A model generated the notes under the pieces. That model did not search any database, was not told the DNA's origin, and saw only the letters and a program-made list of their open reading frames with translations. A stretch of 54,479 nt of DNA from a virus (lineage: Duplodnaviria > Caudoviricetes): positions 1-54,479 of IMG/VR virus record IMGVR_UViG_3300027782_000111; one strand, given 5' to 3'. Shown here piece by piece: positions 48,694 to 54,479 of this stretch (within the stretch, counting starts at the first letter, position 1; the number at the start of each line of letters is the position of its first letter). The position numbers and the translations under genes are program-made.

Positions 48694-48724
48694 AAGCCCT
48701 GTATTTTTACAGGGCTTTTTTTTT
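48694..48724 (+). terminator. intrinsic terminator
   Basis: AAGCCCTGTA-ttt-TACAGGGCTT-type stem followed by a long T tract. Confidence 0.88.
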
Positions 48725-48728
48725 CGCC

Positions 48729-49480
48729 GTTAATTTCGTGGCGACAAATTCGGTTCTACCGAATTATGACCGTATCTATATGGTATGTGAGGTATGGGAG
48801 TGATACAAAGTTAACTTCGTGGCTACATAATAATGCGTGTTATAAAATTACACGCATGTCGTATAAAATTACAACAGGACTGGACAGTATGTAATTTTAC
48901 TGAATAATCAATGACTTACAACTATTGACATTGTCTACCTAGTGTAATTTTACTGTATAATCAAGCATTTAGCAAAAATACACTTTTCTATATAAATCAA
49001 TAACTTAGTATAAAATTACAAAATTACATCAAAAAAGGTATCCCCGTCTGGAAAATCAATTTAACTTCGTGGCTAACCTGTTTTTATTTTTTCTTGCCTT
49101 CGTTCTTCCAGCCCTCGCAATGCCGTTTTGCGTGTAATTTTGTATTATTACTGAATAATCAATGACTTAGCTTGTAATTTTATACTTGACAAAGTAAATA
49201 CCCTTGTAATTTTACTTAATAATCAAAGACTTATCGTGTAATTTTATACCCACAAAGTTAACAAAGTCTACTTACCTTTCCCAATCAAATCAAACACTTA
49301 ATAAAATTACATGACAATGTCAACCACCGATTAAAAAATAGGCACATGTTAACCACTAAGTTAACGGCGACAAACCCAGTAAAAATAAAAAATGACCGTT
49401 CGTTCGTGAGAGGTCGGTGAGGATTTCCCTAAACGCAAAAAGGGAGTCGTATTTTTAGGTCTATTTATTTAACTTTGTGG
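48729..49480. repeat. repeat-rich non-coding control region (origin/packaging candidate)
   Basis: 11 copies of AAAATTACA/TGTAATTTT, 6 IHF-consensus WATCAAnnnnTTR sites, several CCACnnAGTTAA and TGACAwwGTm boxes. Confidence 0.75.
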
Positions 49481-49505
49481 CTATAAAAACACCGAGCCTA
49501 TCTAC

Positions 49506-49534
49506 TTGACAATGTAAATTACCTATGCTATACT
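49506..49534 (+). promoter_or_regulatory. sigma70-type early promoter
   Basis: TTGACA-17-TATACT with TG extension. Confidence 0.8.
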
Positions 49535-49623
49535 TATAAAACTGCTAGAACAATAAGCAGATTAACTAACCTGCGACATTCGTATAACTTTATACCCTTG
49601 TCGCTTTTTATGAGGAGTTTATT

Positions 49624-49971
49624 ATGTCAGATTTAAATAGTGCTTTGGTGGTAATAGAAAAGAAAAAGGCAGAAATAGATAGACTTGAAGCCGATTTTAT
49701 ATGGACTCACTTCTTTAACTATTGCAAGAGTTTTTATGCAAAAGGTGGGGTTTATGGTGATGAGGTAGACGCTACCGATAAAGAGATAGAGTTAGCTATT
49801 CTAGATATTCTTGACGATAAAGAGTATGAATTTGAAGGTGATAGTTGGGATAGGGAACGCGTTAGAAGTTTCATTGAGAATAGACGCAAGTTAAAATACA
49901 ATCAAATGATATTTAAAGCGACTTATCAATCCATGAAACATGATGTTAATTTACAAGGGGAAACGAGATGA
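49624..49971 (+). CDS. hypothetical early protein
   Basis: GAGGAG RBS; FY..GG.Y...FEGDSWDRERVR motif. Confidence 0.7.
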   Translation: MSDLNSALVVIEKKKAEIDRLEADFIWTHFFNYCKSFYAKGGVYGDEVDATDKEIELAILDILDDKEYEFEGDSWDRERVRSFIENRRKLKYNQMIFKATYQSMKHDVNLQGETR

Positions 49972-50066
49972 TTAGTATTTATGATTGGTATATTATGTTA
50001 GCTTGCGTTGCATTGTTAGTGCTTTACATTTTATTAATTTGGTTTGATAGAAAGGACTCAAAATGA
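49968..50066 (+). CDS. small membrane peptide (32 aa)
   Basis: MISIYDWYIMLACVALLVLYILLIWFDRKDSK; ATGA overlaps at both ends. Confidence 0.55.
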   Translation: MISIYDWYIMLACVALLVLYILLIWFDRKDSK

Positions 50067-50212
50067 GTGATATTACTTATATCTTTTTGCAAATGTTATT
50101 GTTGTTGGCTTATGGTTGTTATGTTGCCTATCGTGTAGGGTTTAGTAAAGGTCAGGCGACAATCGTATCAAAAAATACCAATGTCTTTAAATCATGGAAG
50201 GAAATCAAATGA
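50063..50212 (+). CDS. small membrane peptide (49 aa)
   Basis: MSDITYIFLQMLLLLAYGCYVAYRVG...; AAGGA RBS; ATGA overlaps. Confidence 0.55.
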   Translation: MSDITYIFLQMLLLLAYGCYVAYRVGFSKGQATIVSKNTNVFKSWKEIK

Positions 50213-50388
50213 AAACGAAACCGATATTTAAAACACCTAACTCTATGAGTTATCAAAACTATGAAAGGGAAATATATATGTCAGAATATACAACAATACC
50301 AAGAGAGCACTACAGACGACTAAGATTTTGCACAGTTTTATCGGTAGGGATAAACATATTCCTATTACTTGTCATGGTGTTGAGATGA
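50209..50388 (+). CDS. small protein with C-terminal TM
   Basis: ORF track 50194..50388; start ATG 50209 by overlap. Confidence 0.5.
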   Translation: MKTKPIFKTPNSMSYQNYEREIYMSEYTTIPREHYRRLRFCTVLSVGINIFLLLVMVLR

Positions 50389-50696
50389 ACATAGACCAAG
50401 TAAAAGAGTATGTGACCACGCAGTTAAAGTCGTATAGGGTTAAAACTATACTAGATAACTTTAGTGATAGCGAGTGGAAGCAAATGTATAAACAGATAGC
50501 ACCGACCAAGCCTTATGAAACAGAACGGCGTTTAATAGATTGGGCAAGGCATGAACTTGAGTTTTTCCGTTATGTGTTGTATAAAGAAAGACACTACGAA
50601 GAACTATTGATTGACCATGCCTGTATTGATTGCTTGCGTTGTGAAGATACTACTTGTAAAGAACGGAAGTATTATGTCAGACGACCACAAAGTTAA
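50385..50696 (+). CDS. hypothetical protein
   Basis: Start ATG 50385 (ATGA overlap); Cys-rich C-terminus. Confidence 0.55.
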   Translation: MNIDQVKEYVTTQLKSYRVKTILDNFSDSEWKQMYKQIAPTKPYETERRLIDWARHELEFFRYVLYKERHYEELLIDHACIDCLRCEDTTCKERKYYVRRPQS

Positions 50697-50955
50697 CGAA
50701 GCTATGCTTGATGCACTCATGTCAGACTACCAAGTTAATAGAGTAAAACAAAAATTACTAGCGTGGCTTATTCTCTTTGGTAAAAGTGAAGTGACTGCTG
50801 CACAGCTATTGGAACACGACATAATAGGTATGGATATGTGGGGATTGATAGATAAAGGACTCGTCATTGAGAATTCAAAGACAGCTACCTATACGCTTAG
50901 ATTAACAAAAAAAGCAATAAACTATATAAACAAAGGAGAAAAGCATGATAAGTAA
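50674..50955 (+). CDS. hypothetical protein (winged-helix-like)
   Basis: L.DKGLV......Y.LRLT.KA pattern; start ATG 50674. Confidence 0.55.
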   Translation: MSDDHKVNEAMLDALMSDYQVNRVKQKLLAWLILFGKSEVTAAQLLEHDIIGMDMWGLIDKGLVIENSKTATYTLRLTKKAINYINKGEKHDK

Positions 50956-51130
50956 AACTATGCAAAAGAAGTTGATAGAACTGCATTTTGGTATTCCATA
51001 CATAGAAGAAATAGAAACTAAAGAATTAAAAGCAAGCGTCAGATTATATAATAAAGGAACAAGCATGGGTGTAAGCGATGCTATTGTGTGGAGTTTAATT
51101 GAGAATGAACTAACGAGGAGAAAAGCATGA
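50945..51130 (+). CDS. hypothetical protein
   Basis: AAGGAG RBS; 61 aa. Confidence 0.6.
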   Translation: MISKTMQKKLIELHFGIPYIEEIETKELKASVRLYNKGTSMGVSDAIVWSLIENELTRRKA

Positions 51131-51369
51131 GCAATAAAGTAACAATCGTAATTAGTATTAACTCTGATACTGTGTCAAGGTTTTTGTTTGATGACTATAT
51201 AAATGCTTGTGTCGAGGCAGGCTTAGTGGTAAGGTATGAGCCGTATACATCAGATATGTATGCAGAACTCAATGAGAAAGCGCTTGACATTGAGAGGCAA
51301 CAGGCACTTACAGAACTTGAAAATGAAATCCTAAACAATACCTGTATCAATGGGACTTGTGAAGATTAA
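51127..51369 (+). CDS. hypothetical protein
   Basis: GAGGAG RBS; ends CINGTCED. Confidence 0.6.
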   Translation: MSNKVTIVISINSDTVSRFLFDDYINACVEAGLVVRYEPYTSDMYAELNEKALDIERQQALTELENEILNNTCINGTCED

Positions 51370-51479
51370 TATAAAGGAGAAATATATGAAACAAATCAAT
51401 ATCATCGTGAGCATCGTCACATTCTAGTAGCCTATCGGCTATAACTTAACTCGTATAAACAAATATAAAGGAGGTCAGT

Positions 51480-51866
51480 ATGATTGACCAAGCTTTACTT
51501 TGTCTCGCCACGACCATATACATGGAGTCTGCTCATGAGCCACATCAGGCACAAGTAGCAGTAGGCTATGTATTGATGAGGCGAGCCGACTTTAACCATA
51601 AGAATGTGTGTGCTGAAATGAAACGACCATATCAGTTTAGTTGGTATGGGTTAGTGCAACCACCTTCGGTAATTAGACAACATTACTTTGATATAGCGTA
51701 TCGTGTATTGCATAGGCTAGAGGTAGACTATAGCTATGGTGCAACGAACTTCCACGATACATCTATAAAGAAACCGAAGTCATGGGTTAGACTAGAACCC
51801 GTAGTTAAATGGTCTAACTTAATTTTTTATAAACAAGAGGAGAGAAAATATGCAAGTGTTAATTGA
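51480..51866 (+). CDS. cell wall hydrolase, SleB/Hydrolase_2 family
   Basis: CLA..IYME...Q.AV..V.M.R.....VC......YQFSW...GATNFH...W........IFY motif. Confidence 0.85.
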   Translation: MIDQALLCLATTIYMESAHEPHQAQVAVGYVLMRRADFNHKNVCAEMKRPYQFSWYGLVQPPSVIRQHYFDIAYRVLHRLEVDYSYGATNFHDTSIKKPKSWVRLEPVVKWSNLIFYKQEERKYASVN

Positions 51867-52098
51867 TTTAAATGATGACCAAGCAGATGAAGTATTGGTA
51901 GAGGCATTAAAAAGTGGGTATCAAGTAAACCTTAACTTTCCCGACGAGCCAAACTTTTATGAGATAAGCCAAGCGTTTAGAACTTTGCTTGCTTACTACA
52001 TGGGAGATAAAGAGTATGCGAAATACATGCATAAAAGGGCTAAGGTTCGTAAGACATATAATGCCAAGCGTTTAGTGGAGGCGAACAATGGACTCTAA
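51850..52098 (+). CDS. hypothetical protein
   Basis: GAGGAG RBS; 82 aa. Confidence 0.6.
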   Translation: MQVLIDLNDDQADEVLVEALKSGYQVNLNFPDEPNFYEISQAFRTLLAYYMGDKEYAKYMHKRAKVRKTYNAKRLVEANNGL

Positions 52099-52297
52099 AA
52101 AATACGAAGGCACAGGGTTTTTGTTAGTAGGGGTTATTGTAGGTATTACTTTTACATGGGCAGTTATGAAGTATACCCACCTACATGATAAGTATAAGAT
52201 GAACCTCAAGTGTGTGCAGGGGGAATTGTATGAAGAAATCAGACCTAACTTCTATGTTAAGTCGCACCTTGAATGCTTTGAGCAAAGGAGTTTCTAA
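52088..52297 (+). CDS. small membrane-anchored protein
   Basis: GGAGG RBS; N-terminal TM. Confidence 0.6.
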   Translation: MDSKKYEGTGFLLVGVIVGITFTWAVMKYTHLHDKYKMNLKCVQGELYEEIRPNFYVKSHLECFEQRSF

Positions 52298-52298
52298 C

Positions 52299-52418
52299 AT
52301 GGATACAATCGCATGGTTGACAGCACTCTACATAGCTGTAAGTGTAGGTGTGATAATTGATGACCACAAAAGTAAAGAACCACCTAAAGAACCACCAAAG
52401 GTAGAGCAAACAAAATGA
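52299..52418 (+). CDS. small membrane peptide
   Basis: AAGGAG RBS; MDTIAWLTALYIAVSVGVII...KEPPKEPPK. Confidence 0.55.
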   Translation: MDTIAWLTALYIAVSVGVIIDDHKSKEPPKEPPKVEQTK

Positions 52419-52594
52419 GTTTGCCTTTTACTTATGCAGTTGTAGATGATGACGGCGAAGTCTTACGCAAGTATAGATGGAGTGCTAAAGAGGCGAAGTG
52501 GCATAAAGAACAAGGGAGTAATGTCATCAAGCTAGAAGTAGTTAAAGAAGTTAAGGAAGATGTTATGACTTTAGTTGGCGATTGTTTATTCTAA
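52415..52594 (+). CDS. hypothetical protein (59 aa)
   Basis: MSLPFTYAVVDDDGEVLRKYRW...VGDCLF; ATGA and TAATG couplings; missing from the ORF track. Confidence 0.6.
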   Translation: MSLPFTYAVVDDDGEVLRKYRWSAKEAKWHKEQGSNVIKLEVVKEVKEDVMTLVGDCLF

Positions 52595-52797
52595 TGTATA
52601 CCAAGCTAGATGATTGGCGTCATGCCCACAAAGTTAACGAACTACTACGGAGTAATCCGTCTATGACACAGAAAGAACTTTGTAAGTTAATGATAACTAA
52701 TTTTCACAGGCTTAAATATTTAGAACAACAAGGACTTATTAAATTAAGGAGAAGAGTATATGAACAAAGAACAAAAAAGAGCCATACGCAAATTTGA
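52594..52797 (+). CDS. small winged-HTH-like protein
   Basis: LLRSNPSMTQKEL......LKYLEQQGLIK resembles MarR/AsnC-type wHTH. Confidence 0.55.
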   Translation: MYTKLDDWRHAHKVNELLRSNPSMTQKELCKLMITNFHRLKYLEQQGLIKLRRRVYEQRTKKSHTQI

Positions 52798-53023
52798 CAC
52801 ATGGCAAATGAATAAATTTGCACGCAACGCAAAAAAGGGTTATTACTTTTTCCAACCCGATAATGTGTCGCTACCTACACCTCGTTCAGCGAGAGATGCT
52901 TGGGGCGGGACATATACGCCACAGTCGGAAGATGACCGTAACCAAGAGAAATATATGACATGGACAATTTATGCGTTTGTGTTTGCGTATATTGCGTTTC
53001 TTATTTGGAGGGAATTACCATGA
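52760..53023 (+). CDS. hypothetical protein with C-terminal TM
   Basis: AAGGAG RBS; TPRSARDAWG motif. Confidence 0.6.
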   Translation: MNKEQKRAIRKFDTWQMNKFARNAKKGYYFFQPDNVSLPTPRSARDAWGGTYTPQSEDDRNQEKYMTWTIYAFVFAYIAFLIWRELP

Positions 53024-53220
53024 GTTATCAATGCGTTGATTGTGGAAGTGATATAGCTGATGGTAGGTATAAGCTAGGATATAAAACTTGTTTAGGTTGT
53101 GGTGAGAAACATGCACTCAATTATAAACATTGTATCGTGCCTATGCCTAAGAGTAATTACATTGTGGTGACTGACTTAGAACTATTGAAAGGACTGAATT
53201 CATCACATAAGAGTAGGTAA
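53020..53220 (+). CDS. C4 zinc-finger protein (DksA/TraR-like finger)
   Basis: CVDCGSDIADGR...GYKTCLGCGE; start ATG 53020 with GGAGG RBS. Confidence 0.6.
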   Translation: MSYQCVDCGSDIADGRYKLGYKTCLGCGEKHALNYKHCIVPMPKSNYIVVTDLELLKGLNSSHKSR

Positions 53221-53238
53221 AAAAATTTGGACAATGAC

Positions 53239-53267
53239 TTGACAATGTCAAGTAATCATGTTATAAT
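53239..53267 (+). promoter_or_regulatory. consensus sigma70 promoter with palindromic operator
   Basis: TTGACA-17-TATAAT with TG extension; the -35 lies inside the perfect inverted repeat ACTTGACA-A-TGTCAAGT (53237-53253). Confidence 0.88.
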
Positions 53268-53360
53268 ATGTTTGTAGGAAATGAAGAAGTGCTTTATCAA
53301 CCAAGCGACAATCGTATAACTTTATACCCTTGTCGCATAACTTAAATGAGGAGAAACATC

Positions 53361-53528
53361 ATGAATCAAAGCGAGTATTACAAACAGCAAGCCGAAACAC
53401 TCGGCGAATTCTTTAAGCACTATGGGTTTCATAATATAACCCCCGTGCCTTCCAAAACAAACTATGATTTAGCAGTTCAAATCATGAAACAACAAGGAGA
53501 GAAAAATGCAAAACATCTTTCCAAATAA
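53361..53528 (+). CDS. hypothetical protein
   Basis: GAGGAG RBS favours ATG 53361. Confidence 0.55.
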   Translation: MNQSEYYKQQAETLGEFFKHYGFHNITPVPSKTNYDLAVQIMKQQGEKNAKHLSK

Positions 53529-53934
53529 ACAAGAAAAAGAAACACTACTGACGCAGTTAAATCTGCTAGGTGCAAAGCGTGTGTATGTATCTTTTAGAGG
53601 TGGTGGTGATGAAGGACAAGTGGAAGAAACATACTACCGAGATGTTAATGATAATACCCATGAGATACCAAGCGATATGATTGCATGGACTAAACAAGCC
53701 TATGGTCAACAACAAGCTGAAACAAAAAATGAAACGCTTGTAGAAGTATTGGAAGACTTATGCTACCGAGCCCTTGATGAAACAGGGTGGGATTGGTATA
53801 ACAATGACGGAGGTCAAGGCGAGTTAATTATAGACTTTACTGAAACCCCACCAAAGATTGATTTAAGTGTAGGTATCAACACTATGTCAACAGAATATCA
53901 TGACTATGATTTGAATGAAAGCGAGGAAGAATAA
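53506..53934 (+). CDS. hypothetical protein (DUF6878-like)
   Basis: V.F.GGGDEGQVE...GWDWYNNDGGQG motif; paired with the next gene. Confidence 0.6.
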   Translation: MQNIFPNKQEKETLLTQLNLLGAKRVYVSFRGGGDEGQVEETYYRDVNDNTHEIPSDMIAWTKQAYGQQQAETKNETLVEVLEDLCYRALDETGWDWYNNDGGQGELIIDFTETPPKIDLSVGINTMSTEYHDYDLNESEEE

Positions 53935-54275
53935 TGAATACTCATTATCATTCTAAAACATCTGTAAAGAAATGGGGTGGTGTTGAAGCTGACTATCAAC
54001 CTATCCATGATTGGTTTGATGCAACCAAAGAATGTTTTGCTGATGCAAGACACAGGGCAATTCGTCATCACTCACAAGGTATCTTTGAATGTGAAAGACA
54101 ATTCGGGTTATTCATTGTGAATAGTGAAGGTCGTGAAGTGCCTACAAGACTTATCGGGGAACAACATGTTAAAGAAGATTGTGGTGGGTGGATACCTAGC
54201 ATGCAAGATTGGCTTATTAACATGAAGTTTGTTAGTTGGATGAATCGTGGTTATGACATGAAAGAAGGAGAATAG
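53934..54275 (+). CDS. His-rich hypothetical protein (DUF6915-like)
   Basis: H...SVKKWGG...DY..IH.WFD.TK....D.RHRA.RHH..GIF.CE..FG...GEQHV.ED.G..IPS..DW. Confidence 0.7.
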   Translation: MNTHYHSKTSVKKWGGVEADYQPIHDWFDATKECFADARHRAIRHHSQGIFECERQFGLFIVNSEGREVPTRLIGEQHVKEDCGGWIPSMQDWLINMKFVSWMNRGYDMKEGE

Positions 54276-54276
54276 C

Positions 54277-54479
54277 ATGGGATTTCATATCAATGTTTGG
54301 AACATGCCTCGTATTGAAACATATGACAAGGCAAAAGAAGTTTTTGCAAGCACAACTGCTGTGCGTGGTGAGAACCAATCGGTTCGTAGACTTGGCGATA
54401 GATACGAGAAAGAAAAGTGGTTGCGTCAAGAGATACAAGAAGGTGTTGAAGTTTATATTGCAGGGTATTACAACACAGA
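54277..54479 (+). CDS. hypothetical protein, partial (runs off the window)
   Basis: AAGGAG RBS; MGFHINVWNMPRIETYDKAKEVF... open to the end. Confidence 0.6.
   Translation, partial: MGFHINVWNMPRIETYDKAKEVFASTTAVRGENQSVRRLGDRYEKEKWLRQEIQEGVEVYIAGYYNT

Noticed and set aside
48729-49480. CRISPR array
   Set aside because: Repeats are 9-21 bp, in both orientations and irregularly spaced; there is no repeat-spacer periodicity and no cas gene.
54232-54438. Minus-strand 68-aa ORF
   Set aside because: Antisense to a + strand ORF with a strong RBS starting at 54277.
1-54479. tRNA, rRNA, integrase or att sites
   Set aside because: None recognised by eye. Lifestyle cannot be settled because part of the genome lies outside the window.

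Overview
The window is most of the genome of an AT-rich tailed dsDNA phage with a podovirus (P22-like) virion layout. On the + strand, 1-4976 holds the end of a replication module: an HNH-type fragment, an SSB-like protein, an HTH protein and a primase-helicase. One long minus-strand late operon spans 4977-47173. It runs from a TerS-like gene through TerL, portal, GroES-like, scaffold and major capsid, then small basic proteins, adaptors, a large tail-fibre/glycine-rich cassette with an embedded 2OG-Fe(II) oxygenase, holin, lysozyme, tail hub and ejection proteins. A repeat-dense ~950-bp non-coding control region (48673-49623) and a + strand early region of small genes follow. The highlight is missing from the ORF track: a 25-aa PqqA (PQQ precursor peptide, MKAWTKPAATEMRFGFEVTMYVMNK) at 38576-38653 (-). 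It forms a terminator-bounded cassette just downstream of the capsid gene and points to a Methylophilaceae (methylotroph) host. Other signals are a candidate pseudoknotted leader RNA next to it, a dispersed CCACnnAGTTAAC motif, palindromic operators on the -35 boxes, a repeated 5'-UTR hairpin, an IHF-site/9-mer array, a recurring [FYM][AK]xGG motif in virion proteins and a deletion-scar mini-ORF in the tail cassette. All product calls come from motif recognition and synteny; no database searches were run.
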